A stretch of DNA of 64,000 nt from assembly GCA_963666365.2 (NCBI GenBank), contig CAXXNF010000002.1, positions 512,001 through 576,000 on the forward strand, written 5' to 3'. The notes beneath the pieces are model-generated. The model was not told the origin of the DNA and searched no databases. It saw nothing but the letters and a program-made list of their open reading frames with translations. The stretch is from Syntrophales bacterium (GTDB lineage Bacteria > Desulfobacterota > Syntrophia > Syntrophales > UBA2210). The position numbers were made by a program, and so were the translations under genes. Positions 30,152 to 42,233 of the stretch are shown piece after piece. Each line of letters opens with the position of its first letter. Position 1 is the stretch's first letter.

Positions 30152-31888
30152 ATGACGACCTATGTGGTGATTGTGGGCGTTTTGATTTATCTCGGTCTTT
30201 ACTTCACCTATGGAAAAATGATCGAGAAAAAAGTGGTGGTGGCGTCGAATGGAAGGGAAACGCCTGCGAGACGCCTTTATGACGGAATGGATTACATACC
30301 GGCGCGGAGATCCGTTCTTTTCGGACATCACTTTGCCTCCATTGCCGGCGCCGCCCCCATCATCGGTCCCGCCTTGGCCATATGCTGGGGCTGGCTGCCG
30401 GGATTGCTCTGGGTCTGGTTCGGGAATATTTTCATCGGCGCCGTCCACGATTATCTGGCGCTTATGGCATCAGTGCGATATGACGGCAAGTCGATACAGT
30501 TTGTTGCCGCCGATCTTTTCGGCAGGCGAACGGGCAGGGCTTTCTACTGGTTGGTGTTTTTCATGCTTGTGCTGCTCGTCGGCGCATTCGGCCGTGAAAT
30601 TGGCACGATGTTCGTCGCCACGCCTGCAATTGCCTCGGCCTTTGTATGGCTGATCGTCGCGGCAATAATTCTCGGCATTTTGATCTACAGAGCGAAAATG
30701 AATTTTACGGGCGCCACGGTTATCGGTATCGTTATGGTGTCTCTGTCCATATGGCTTGGCGTCGCCTTTCCCATGAAAGCGACCTACGCAACCTGGATGT
30801 GGGTCTTTTTTTTCTATATCATCATTGCAGCTTCCATCCCCGTGAACGTACTGCTGCAGCCCAGGGACTATCTGAATTCCTGGCTTCTGTATGTGGGCCT
30901 CGCCGTGGGACTCCTGGCGGCGGTTTCGGCCTTCAAATCATTTGATGTGCCCGCATTTTCGAGTTTTTCTCCCATTCTATCCGGTCATAAGCCCACGCCC
31001 TTCTGGCCGGCGATCCCCCTCATCATTGCCTGTGGATCACTTTCCGGTTTCCATTCCATAGTTGCGTCTGGCACCACCTCGAAACAGCTGGAAAGGGAGA
31101 GTGACGGCCTTCTCATAGGGTACGGGGCCATGTTTACGGAGGGACTTTTGTCGACTATCGTCATAATTGCAATAGCGGGCTTCGGTTATACGGCCATCAA
31201 AAATGCCGGTGCGGCGCTGGATATTACCGTAACACTCGATCCGCACAATTGGGGGGCGATGTTTACCAAGACAACGGCTGAGTTAAAACTTGCCGGTGCA
31301 AATCTTTTCATTCAATCCTATGCCGACATGGTAAGCGCCACATGGCTCAGTATACTGCCGGCGAAATACATAAAAATTATCGCAGGTATGTGGGTGGCCG
31401 CCTTTGCGATGACGACGCTTGATACCACGAACCGCGTCGCTCGGTACTGTGTGACTGAAATGGCCGCTCCGTTGAAGGCGCGTGCCACAGGACTGCACGC
31501 CTTTCTCACAAACCGCTGGATCGCCTCGATGATTCCCGCAGCGATAGGCATATACCTTGCTGCAAGCGGTACCTCAACCATTCTCTGGCCGTCCTTTGGC
31601 GCCGCCAATCAGATCATCGCTTCCATCGCTCTCATGACCGGCGCCTGTTACGTAAAGTCGAAACTGAATTCACGGTTCTGCAGCGTCGCCGTAATTCCGG
31701 CCTGGATTCTCTGGATCACCGTGACGGCAGCGTTGGTATGGTTTATGGTGGTGGTGCTGCCGGGGTCAATTATTTCGAATCCGCTGACAGGGTGGACGGT
31801 ATTGGGAATCTGCGTCATTATGGGCATAATGAACATAGTATTCATTTTTGAATTTATCAGGAACTACTATGGCGCTCGTAAAGAGTGA
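30152..31888 (+). CDS. cstA: Carbon starvation CstA family transporter
   Basis: LFGHHFASIAGAAPIIGP, GAVHDY, LLQPRDY, IACGSLSGFHS, LWPSFGAANQ. Confidence 0.93.
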   Translation: MTTYVVIVGVLIYLGLYFTYGKMIEKKVVVASNGRETPARRLYDGMDYIPARRSVLFGHHFASIAGAAPIIGPALAICWGWLPGLLWVWFGNIFIGAVHDYLALMASVRYDGKSIQFVAADLFGRRTGRAFYWLVFFMLVLLVGAFGREIGTMFVATPAIASAFVWLIVAAIILGILIYRAKMNFTGATVIGIVMVSLSIWLGVAFPMKATYATWMWVFFFYIIIAASIPVNVLLQPRDYLNSWLLYVGLAVGLLAAVSAFKSFDVPAFSSFSPILSGHKPTPFWPAIPLIIACGSLSGFHSIVASGTTSKQLERESDGLLIGYGAMFTEGLLSTIVIIAIAGFGYTAIKNAGAALDITVTLDPHNWGAMFTKTTAELKLAGANLFIQSYADMVSATWLSILPAKYIKIIAGMWVAAFAMTTLDTTNRVARYCVTEMAAPLKARATGLHAFLTNRWIASMIPAAIGIYLAASGTSTILWPSFGAANQIIASIALMTGACYVKSKLNSRFCSVAVIPAWILWITVTAALVWFMVVVLPGSIISNPLTGWTVLGICVIMGIMNIVFIFEFIRNYYGARKE

Positions 31889-31992
31889 CGACAGGAGGAT
31901 TCGACGCTGTACAACGATACAGCGCGGTCGTGTGTGCCATGGCCATGATTGATGTCTGAAAAGCACCGCGAAAAAATAACGACAAAAATAGC

Positions 31993-32021
31993 TTGACACA
32001 GCAGCGCCTCTTTGTTAGAAA
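31993..32021 (+). promoter_or_regulatory. sigma70 promoter of panCD
   Basis: TTGACA, 17-nt spacer, TAGAAA preceded by an extended TG. Confidence 0.6.
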
Positions 32022-32036
32022 GCGCGCGAAAACGAA

Positions 32037-32071
32037 AACCGCTTGGATCCTTCAGGAGGACTGGGACGGGA
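32037..32071 (+). ncRNA. pan RNA motif (single stem-loop form)
   Basis: CCG-CTTGG-A-TCCT...AGGA-CTGGG-A-CGG folds into a stem with two bulged adenosines, in the 5' UTR of panC. This matches the described pan motif from memory; no covariance search was run. Confidence 0.75.
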
Positions 32072-32101
32072 GTTTCGACGCCGGAGAAATGAGTGCAATC
32101 G

Positions 32102-32136
32102 AGCCTTCCGTCCATATAGACGGCAAGGCTTTTTTT
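32102..32136 (+). terminator. Intrinsic terminator in the panC leader
   Basis: AGCCTT-c-CGTC...GACG-gc-AAGGCT followed by a T run. Confidence 0.8.
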
Positions 32137-32156
32137 ATTTTTGAGAACACGATGAT

Positions 32157-33017
32157 ATGAAACTATTTGAAAGTGCCCAATTGATGCAGCGCCACAGCGA
32201 ATCGCTCAGAGTGCAGGGCAGGCGCATCTCCTTTGTCCCCACCATGGGCTATCTCCACGAGGGACATCTGAATCTGATGAGGGAGGGGAAAAGACGGGGA
32301 GATTATCTTGTGGTAAGCATATTTGTCAACCCGACGCAGTTCGGTCCTCAGGAAGACCTTGAAAAATATCCGCGTGATTTTGAAGGGGATGAGAGACGCG
32401 CCGCATCGGTAGGGGTCGATGCGATTTTTTATCCTGCCAATGAAGAGATGTATCCCCCGAACTATCAGACATACGTCACCGTTGAAGAAGTTACCAAAAA
32501 TCTCTGCGGTCAGTCGAGACCGATTCACTTTCGAGGAGTCGCCACGGTCTGCGCGAAACTGTTTAACATTGTGAAACCCCATGTGGCCGTTTTCGGAAAG
32601 AAGGATTTTCAGCAGCTGGTCACAATACAGCGAATGGTGCGGGATCTGAACATGGATCTCGAAATTGTGGGGCTTGACACCACGAGAGAACAGGACGGCC
32701 TTGCCATGAGTTCCCGCAATGCCTATTTGAAGGAAGCTGAAAGAGAATCGGCCCTCAGCCTGAGCCGATCCCTTGTGCGGGCAAAAAAACTTTACGATAC
32801 GGGCGAGCGGAGTTCGGGAAAAATCATCCGCGCAGTGCAGGAGTTTATTACATCTTATGGTGGAACCAGGATCGATTATGTGAAGATCTGCGATACCGAA
32901 ACCATGGAAGATGTGGAGCATATAGAACGGGAGTCCGTTCTGGCATTAGCCGTATGGGTGGGTTCAACACGACTGATAGACAATTATGTCTTTGGCCAAC
33001 CCCTCAATATTACATAA
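32157..33017 (+). CDS. panC: Pantothenate synthetase
   Basis: FVPTMGYLHEGH, SIFVNPTQF, RPIHFRGV, FGKKDFQQ, GLAMSSRN, RLIDN. Confidence 0.97.
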   Translation: MKLFESAQLMQRHSESLRVQGRRISFVPTMGYLHEGHLNLMREGKRRGDYLVVSIFVNPTQFGPQEDLEKYPRDFEGDERRAASVGVDAIFYPANEEMYPPNYQTYVTVEEVTKNLCGQSRPIHFRGVATVCAKLFNIVKPHVAVFGKKDFQQLVTIQRMVRDLNMDLEIVGLDTTREQDGLAMSSRNAYLKEAERESALSLSRSLVRAKKLYDTGERSSGKIIRAVQEFITSYGGTRIDYVKICDTETMEDVEHIERESVLALAVWVGSTRLIDNYVFGQPLNIT

Positions 33018-33032
33018 AAGGTGGGTACGAAT

Positions 33033-33389
33033 ATGCAACGGAGCATGCTAAAATCCAAGTTACATCGAGCAACCGTTACGGATGCGCAACTGCACTATGA
33101 AGGAAGTGTAACTATCGACGTGGATCTTATGGAAGCAGCCGACATTCTTCCCTATGAGCAGGTTGATATCTATAATGTCACAAACGGGGAACGTTTTTCA
33201 ACATACGTGATCAAGGGTAAGGCAGGATCGGGAGTCATTTGTCTCAATGGCGCCGCGGCGCGAAAGGCATCGAAGGGCGATCTTGTCATCATCGCAAGTT
33301 ACGTCATGGTTGACGATGCCGAGGCAAGAGACTGGACCGTGAAGTGCTATCTGCTTGACGAGCGGAACAAGATAAAAAAGAAAGCCTAA
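33033..33389 (+). CDS. panD: Aspartate 1-decarboxylase
   Basis: [14 protein letters not shown] cleavage site, [15 protein letters not shown]. Confidence 0.97.
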   Translation: MQRSMLKSKLHRATVTDAQLHYEGSVTIDVDLMEAADILPYEQVDIYNVTNGERFSTYVIKGKAGSGVICLNGAAARKASKGDLVIIASYVMVDDAEARDWTVKCYLLDERNKIKKKA

Positions 33390-33420
33390 CCGGGTAAGAC
33401 AACGGAAATTATGTATCCGT

Positions 33421-33459
33421 AAAGAGGGGGTGAGCAGCTATGTGCACCCCCCTTCTTTT
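33421..33459 (+). terminator. Terminator after panD
   Basis: GAGGGGGTG...CACCCCCCTTC stem followed by Ts. Confidence 0.65.
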
Positions 33460-33539
33460 CATTTGTTGAAAAAGCAATGGAGTTCTGATATGAAGGCGTC
33501 CTGATTCCGTAAGCGATACAAGGACCTTTGATACAGGGA

Positions 33540-34173
33540 ATGAAGAACACAATAAAGAAGATATTTTTAACGGGCATCGCGGCCCTTATTCCCATTGGCG
33601 TCACAGTATATGTGCTCTTCTTTATTATAAAGATGATGGGCAATCTGATGAACATCATCCCGCCCCGGTATCAGCCGGATCAACTACTCTCATTCCATAT
33701 TCCCGGGCTTGATATCGTAATCACCATCGTGCTTATATTCATCATTGGTCTCATTACGAAAAGCTACATTGGAAACAAGGTCGTAGGGTGGGGCGAGTTC
33801 ATACTCGGTAAAATTCCCATCGTGCGGACCATTTACAACGGGGTTAAGATACTTGTCGAAGCCATATTCGGCGAGAAAAGCGAAAGCTTCAAGCGTGTTG
33901 TGCTTATCGAATATCCAAGAAAAGGCCTCTACTCGATCGCCTTTGTAACGGGAATCGCCAGGGGGGAAGTACAGGAAAAGACGGCGCAACGGTGTATTAA
34001 CATATTTCTTCCGACCACACCGAATCCGACCTCCGGTTTTTATCTGATGGTGCCGGAAACGGATGCCATCAATCTTGATATGACAGTGGACGAGGCATTT
34101 ACCTTAATCATATCAGGGGGGGTGTTTACACCTCGCCAAGTAGTGAACGAGAAAATAGCAAAGGAGATGATTC

Positions 34174-34190
<17 letters not shown>
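33540..34190 (+). CDS. DUF502 family membrane protein
   Basis: Two TMs, IPIVRTIY, VLIEYPRKG, FLPTTPNPTSGF, IISGG. Confidence 0.9.
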
Positions 34191-36605
<2,415 letters not shown>

Positions 36606-36635
36606 ACATTAGGCTGACACATCACAAAGACCAAT

Positions 36636-36675
36636 CGGGGGGATTTCGATTTCCCCCCCCCCGCAGGTTTTTTTT
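36636..36675 (+). terminator. Terminator between the convergent ahcY and lptG genes
   Basis: CGGGGGGA...CCCCCCG hairpin with a downstream T run. Confidence 0.55.
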
Positions 36676-36718
36676 CATGTGGTCGGAAGGGCTTTCCGGT
36701 TCAGCCTCAACTTTGACC

Positions 36719-37801
36719 TCACGTTCGTATCCGAAGGAACATGAATAGCGCGAGAAACCCGAGGAGTGCATTTGCGGACCAGGCGGCAAGAAGAGGAGGC
36801 ATTGCACCTGATCGCCCAAGAGAGATGGTAAAGGCAAATACGATCCAGTAGGAAAGTCCAAGCACAATGCCGATTCCCATGCTCTGGACCACACCGCCGC
36901 TCCGTTCCGCTCTCGAAGAGAAGCATATTCCCAGAATTCCAAGGATCACGCTGACCACCGGAAAAGCAATCTTTCCATACAGGTCCGCCCGGTAGCGGGT
37001 GGTGTCGTAGCCTTCCCTCTGAAGCTTCTGGATATAGCCCTTCAGTTCGCCATAGCCCATTTCATCGGTATCTTTCTGAACAATCATGAAATCGGATGGT
37101 TTCTCAGGGAGATCGACCGGGGACGACCCCTTTTTTTCGACAACGGGAAAGCCATCCTGAGGAAATGTGGTGATAAGTACATCATAAAAAATCCAGGCGT
37201 CGTTAATCCAGACCGCTTCTTTCGCATCAATTCTCTTTATTATGCGCATGTGTGCATCGAGGTAATTTATTCGAATACCCCGCACTATCCCTTTGACGGG
37301 GTCAAACACGTCAAAATTGTAGATTCCGTCCTTTGCCCGATACCATATCTGATTCTGTGTAAAAGTGCCGCTCTGCTGTCGTTTCTGTATTTCGACATGT
37401 TTTACATGTTTGACCTGCTGATTGGCGTGGGGTGTGATATATTCGTTCAGGAAGAATGAAAAAAGCGCAATGACTGCGGCAATAGCGATAATGGGTGCTC
37501 CGGCGCGATAGATGCTTATCCCGGTTGCCTTCATCGCAGTAAGTTCACTGTGCTTCGAGAAAAGACCGAAAGTAATGAGCGATGATAGAAGCACGCCTAC
37601 GGGAAGCATCTGTGACAGGATCATGGGAATGCTGAATACGAAATAGGCACAGATCTGCGACGGTGTGGCTCTGTTGCTCGCGAACATTCGAATCCGCTCG
37701 AAGAAATCAACGATAAGGTAGATCGCTGCAAGCGAGACAACGACTAAGCAGAATGTTTTTGCAAATTCCTTCAGTATGTAGCGGTCAATAGTGGTCATCA
37801 C
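36719..37801 (-). CDS. lptG: LPS export ABC transporter permease LptG
   Basis: IDRYILKEF, SELTAMKATGIS, periplasmic beta region, PPLLAAW.AN. Confidence 0.9.
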   Translation of the reverse strand: MMTTIDRYILKEFAKTFCLVVVSLAAIYLIVDFFERIRMFASNRATPSQICAYFVFSIPMILSQMLPVGVLLSSLITFGLFSKHSELTAMKATGISIYRAGAPIIAIAAVIALFSFFLNEYITPHANQQVKHVKHVEIQKRQQSGTFTQNQIWYRAKDGIYNFDVFDPVKGIVRGIRINYLDAHMRIIKRIDAKEAVWINDAWIFYDVLITTFPQDGFPVVEKKGSSPVDLPEKPSDFMIVQKDTDEMGYGELKGYIQKLQREGYDTTRYRADLYGKIAFPVVSVILGILGICFSSRAERSGGVVQSMGIGIVLGLSYWIVFAFTISLGRSGAMPPLLAAWSANALLGFLALFMFLRIRT

Positions 37802-37860
37802 GGTAATTAATCTTTAATGTTCTATAAATTTAAGCGCTCCAGGGACTTAATCTTCTTCCT

Positions 37861-39036
37861 TTATCCGCTGTTTTGCTGATGGAGTCTTTCGTAGAAATTT
37901 TTTGCCGAATGTAGTCCCCAGTACGGATCTTCCCTGGCCGCTGCAATCAGCGCATATGCCCCAACGGGGCCGAGTAAGAACAGGGGCACCCACATCCCCA
38001 TAAAGGGCGGAATCTTGCCCGTTTCAGCCATGGCCTGTCCCCACAACTGCATTACATAGTAGAGTACCACGATTGCCAATCCCAGCACAAAACCCCGTGA
38101 CTTGGCCGTTCTTTGCCGCACAAGAGACAGGGGAAGCGCAAGCAGGCCAAAGACAATGCATGAAAGTGGAAGCGTTATTTTTTTGTGCAGTTCGATACGA
38201 TATTCTCTCTTTTGCCCGCCACCGGTTTCCGAAGCGCTTATACCGCGGAATAGTTCCGAAAGAGTCATTTCCTTGCTGTCTTTTCGTGTAGTGTGCGCTG
38301 TTCCCGGAAGCGTTTGAGAGAGGTTGAGGGAAATATCGTAGGAAGAAAAATCCATCTTCTTGTAGGTTTTAAGTGTGGCTCCTGCAGTATGAGTGCTTCC
38401 CTTCTCAAGGTGCAAGAACAGTTGCGACGATTCAGGATTCGTGATGAGATGTCCGCGCTCCGCCACTATGGTGATCGGATCCGATGCAATGCGGTGGTCT
38501 GAAATAAAAATTCCTTCCATGTGTCTTCCGTCCATCGGTATGGAATTGGCGTACAGTACAATGCCGGGGAAGGTATCGTTAAACACCTTTTCTTTGATGC
38601 CGATGCCGGCCTTCTGCTTTGCGATGTCAAAGAGAAGAAGGCGGACGGCACTGTTTCCGAGGGGGCTGAAAAAGATGCCCATCAATGCAGTAATCACAAG
38701 GGTGACAATCGATAGGGCGGCAACGGGGGGCATTAGCTGGTAGACCCCGATGCCGGCGGACTTCATCGCCGTAATTTCACTGTCGCGGGACAATCGGCCC
38801 ATGCCTGTCAGAATCGCGATAAGAAGGGATATGGGGATAGTGATCGTGAAAAAAGAGGGCATCAGGAACAGGATGAGATGTGCGATGGTAATAAGCCCGA
38901 TGCCTTTGTTGATCATAAGATCCATCATCTGTAGAATTCTTCCCATAAGCAGCACAAAGGTGAGGATGACGAGCATCAACAGAAAGGGGAACAATATTTC
39001 TTTGAACATGTAGAGTGTCAGAGTTCGGGTTTTCAT
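37861..39036 (-). CDS. lptF: LPS export ABC transporter permease LptF
   Basis: GRLSRDSEITAMKSAGIG, EKVFND, ELHKK; tandem with lptG. Confidence 0.9.
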   Translation of the reverse strand: MKTRTLTLYMFKEILFPFLLMLVILTFVLLMGRILQMMDLMINKGIGLITIAHLILFLMPSFFTITIPISLLIAILTGMGRLSRDSEITAMKSAGIGVYQLMPPVAALSIVTLVITALMGIFFSPLGNSAVRLLLFDIAKQKAGIGIKEKVFNDTFPGIVLYANSIPMDGRHMEGIFISDHRIASDPITIVAERGHLITNPESSQLFLHLEKGSTHTAGATLKTYKKMDFSSYDISLNLSQTLPGTAHTTRKDSKEMTLSELFRGISASETGGGQKREYRIELHKKITLPLSCIVFGLLALPLSLVRQRTAKSRGFVLGLAIVVLYYVMQLWGQAMAETGKIPPFMGMWVPLFLLGPVGAYALIAAAREDPYWGLHSAKNFYERLHQQNSG

Positions 39037-39169
39037 TGCCGTGACCAAAATTTTTATAGGAATGACAGTATATAGCAGTAAATCGGCGTCGGTTCAATCT
39101 TTCTTGGATTGACCTTTTTATATAAATTTGTTACAGCCTGTTTTTCTAGAGGTTTGAGGAGGTTCAGCG

Positions 39170-39823
39170 GTGATAGATTTTCACACCCACTCGTTGATGA
39201 GCGATGGAGAACTGCTCCCTTCGGAACTTGTCCGAAGGGCCGTTGCCATTGCCTATCGGGCTATTGCAATTACAGATCATGCCGACCACTCGAACTATGA
39301 TTTTGTCATCCCCAGAATCATTGATGTCTGCGAACGGTTATCCGCTGCCTATCCGATCCGGGTGCTTCCGGGGATTGAAATTACCCATGTGCACCCGGGG
39401 GATATTGCCGATCTCGCAAAGGAGGCCAGATCGCTGGGGGCGCGAATTATTGTCGTCCACGGGGAAACAATTGTTGAACCGGTTGCCCCGGGAACGAATC
39501 ATGCCGCCCTCCATGCCGACATTGATATTCTTGCCCACCCCGGGTTGATTGCACAGGAGGACGCCTTTCTTGCAGCGGAAAAGGGGATATTCCTTGAACT
39601 GACGGCTCGAAAAGGACACAGTCTTACCAATGGCCATGTTGTGTCGGTTGCCCGCCGCTGCGGCGCAGGATTATTGTTGAACACGGACAGTCATTCCCCG
39701 GGCGATTTGATTACGAAGGAACAGGCACGAAGAATTGCCGAAGGTGCGGGCATGAGCGGCGAGGAAATCGACAGGATGATTCGAAGCGCTGAAATGCTCA
39801 GCGGTGTGATTGGCGGATCATGA
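39170..39823 (+). CDS. PHP-domain phosphoesterase (histidinol-phosphatase-like)
   Basis: DFHTHS..SDG, AITDH, HGETIVEPV, LAHPG, NTDSH. Confidence 0.88.
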   Translation: MIDFHTHSLMSDGELLPSELVRRAVAIAYRAIAITDHADHSNYDFVIPRIIDVCERLSAAYPIRVLPGIEITHVHPGDIADLAKEARSLGARIIVVHGETIVEPVAPGTNHAALHADIDILAHPGLIAQEDAFLAAEKGIFLELTARKGHSLTNGHVVSVARRCGAGLLLNTDSHSPGDLITKEQARRIAEGAGMSGEEIDRMIRSAEMLSGVIGGS

Positions 39824-40551
39824 GGGCTGTGTTTTTGTCAGACGCCCATCTTCGTCGTGAGAGCGATGGCGGTTATGAACGCCTTATTCGTTTCCTTGAG
39901 CGGCATAAATTCACAATTACTCATTTGTTTATTGTAGGCGATTTTTTCGATTTTTGGTTTTGCGACAGGGAGCATATCTATCCCGAGTTTGAACGTATGA
40001 TAGCCGAATTAGTGGACATTAAAAAAGCTGGTGTTGAAATTTTGCTCTTTGAGGGGAATCATGACTTTTTTTTGGCGCCTTTTTTTGAAAAATGCGGCAT
40101 GAAAGTTTTCGAAAACGATGCGATCATCGATTTGGACGGGAAACGGCTGTTTGTGTCTCACGGCGACAAGGTTGATACTTCAAATAAGGGATATTTGTGT
40201 TTACGGCGTATATTGCGAAGCGGATTGTTTTACAAACTCCAAAAGATGCTGCCATCATCTCTGTTGTGGCGCATTGCCGCGCTGAGTTCCAAGACCAGCA
40301 AAAACTATCTTGCGAAACGACCCGATGGACTTGCGCAGAAAATGCGAACCTTTGCGCTGGGCAAATTTGGTGAAGGTATTGACGCGGTCATACTCGGGCA
40401 CAGCCATCAAGCGCTTCTCGAAGAATACAGGGTGGGTGAAAAGACTCGAATATTCTCACTGTTGGGGGACTGGATCAGCCACTATACCTATTTGACATAT
40501 TGTGATGGCAGATTTTATTTTTCATGGTATAAGGAGGAAACATCAATTTAA
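39820..40551 (+). CDS. lpxH: UDP-2,3-diacylglucosamine hydrolase (LpxH-like metallophosphoesterase)
   Basis: SDAHL, GDFFDFW, GNHD, HGD, GHSH, LGDW. Confidence 0.8.
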   Translation: MRAVFLSDAHLRRESDGGYERLIRFLERHKFTITHLFIVGDFFDFWFCDREHIYPEFERMIAELVDIKKAGVEILLFEGNHDFFLAPFFEKCGMKVFENDAIIDLDGKRLFVSHGDKVDTSNKGYLCLRRILRSGLFYKLQKMLPSSLLWRIAALSSKTSKNYLAKRPDGLAQKMRTFALGKFGEGIDAVILGHSHQALLEEYRVGEKTRIFSLLGDWISHYTYLTYCDGRFYFSWYKEETSI

Positions 40552-40606
40552 TGAGGAACCGGACGAGATTGACCTTGCAGTACCGGGTAAGCGGTATCTG
40601 TGGTGA

Positions 40607-41479
40607 ATGAATGCTATGAATTTTGGTGGAATAGACGCAGTCGAATACACATCCTTTGAAGATGCCCTCTTTGCAGTCCTTCCCGTTCCCTATGATCTGA
40701 CCTCCACCTATCAAGCGGGGTCCAGAAAAGGGCCTGCCGCTATCGTGGAAGCGTCGTCGAATATGGAGCTCTATGACGAAGAATTGAGAAAGGAAACCTA
40801 TCGGTCGGGAATCTATACGCTGGAACCACTTGAAATAGACGCCAGAGGCCCCCGACACATGATCGACCGGATTCGGAATGAAACGGCACAAATTCTGAAA
40901 AGCGGCAAAATTCCCGTTATCCTCGGCGGAGAACACAGTATCAGTATTGGTGCCGTTGAAGCGATGAAGGAGCAGTACCCGAATATTTCGGTACTTCATT
41001 TCGATGCACATGCCGATATGAGGGATTCCTATCAGGGGACGCCCTACAGTCATGCCTGCGTGGCACGGAGAATAAGTGAAATCTGTCCGGTCGTCCAGGT
41101 AGGAATACGAAGCATGAGCAGTGAAGAAGCCCTTTTCATCGAACGCACCAACAGAGAGATTATAAATCCCACAGAACTCAATTCGCCTGACAGTATCGAG
41201 CGAATCTGCGGGAAGCTCACGAAGGATATATACATCACAGTTGATCTCGATGTCCTCGACCCCTCGGTAATGCCGGCGACGGGTACGCCTGAACCGGGGG
41301 GCATACTCTGGAAGGATCTGATTCGCCTGGTATGTGAGGTCTCACATAACGGAATGATACGTGGATTCGACGTGGTGGAACTGTGCCCCATACCCGGTTT
41401 GATTGCTCCCGATTTTACGGCTGCAAAGCTTGTGTACCGTATTATGGGGTATATCGATAGAAAAAATACTATGTGTTAA
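40607..41479 (+). CDS. speB: Agmatinase
   Basis: GGEHS, DAHADMR, SHAC, DLDVLDPS.MPATGTPEPGG, DVVE; adjacent to arginine decarboxylase. Confidence 0.92.
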   Translation: MNAMNFGGIDAVEYTSFEDALFAVLPVPYDLTSTYQAGSRKGPAAIVEASSNMELYDEELRKETYRSGIYTLEPLEIDARGPRHMIDRIRNETAQILKSGKIPVILGGEHSISIGAVEAMKEQYPNISVLHFDAHADMRDSYQGTPYSHACVARRISEICPVVQVGIRSMSSEEALFIERTNREIINPTELNSPDSIERICGKLTKDIYITVDLDVLDPSVMPATGTPEPGGILWKDLIRLVCEVSHNGMIRGFDVVELCPIPGLIAPDFTAAKLVYRIMGYIDRKNTMC

Positions 41480-41491
41480 GGAGAACCGCAA

Positions 41492-42040
41492 TTGAATCCA
41501 TTTGTCCCTAAAAAAATATTTTTAACAAAGGGGGTGGGGTTCCATAGAGAAGAACTCCATTCTTTCGAGCTCGCTCTGAGAAGCGCCGGCATCGAAAAAT
41601 GCAATTTGGTCAATGTTTCGAGCATTTTTCCTCCGGGCTGCAAAATGGTGTCGCCTCAAAAAGGGTTGAAAGAGCTACAGACGGGCGGCATTACTTTTTG
41701 CGTGATGAGCAGATGCTCAAGCAACGAACCCAGAAGACTTATTGCTGCATCCATCGGGTTGGCGATTCCGACGGACCGAAAGGCCTATGGATATATCAGT
41801 GAGCACCATGCCTTCGGGCAGACCCAGAAACAGGCGGGAGACTATGCGGAAGACCTCGCAGCGGCAATGCTCGCCTCAACGCTCGGCATAGATTTTGATA
41901 TAGACGCGAGCTGGGACGAAAAGGAAGAAATCTTCAAAATAAGCGGTAAGATAGTTAAAACCACAGAGGCCACCCAGTCGGCGATTGCAAAAACCGGAGG
42001 TTATACATCGGTCGTTGCGGCGGCGGTGTTTCTCTTTTAA
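41492..42040 (+). CDS. pdaD: Pyruvoyl-dependent arginine decarboxylase
   Basis: SFELALR.AGI..CNLV.VSSI.PP self-cleavage motif, [22 protein letters not shown] start. Confidence 0.9.
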   Translation: MNPFVPKKIFLTKGVGFHREELHSFELALRSAGIEKCNLVNVSSIFPPGCKMVSPQKGLKELQTGGITFCVMSRCSSNEPRRLIAASIGLAIPTDRKAYGYISEHHAFGQTQKQAGDYAEDLAAAMLASTLGIDFDIDASWDEKEEIFKISGKIVKTTEATQSAIAKTGGYTSVVAAAVFLF

Positions 42041-42233
42041 CAACTACGATATGCAGTACTGCAACGGGGTACTGTGCCGTTTTAACTTGTAACACCTTTG
42101 TCACATTAAGGAAAGGAATCGGCCCTAACACCGAGACCGAAACCCTCAGCGCACATACCGCTTCCGATTTTCCTCATTCATCATTGATGGCCGGAACAAT
42201 AATAAGACGACGGCGAGGAAAAAGAGAGGAGGT

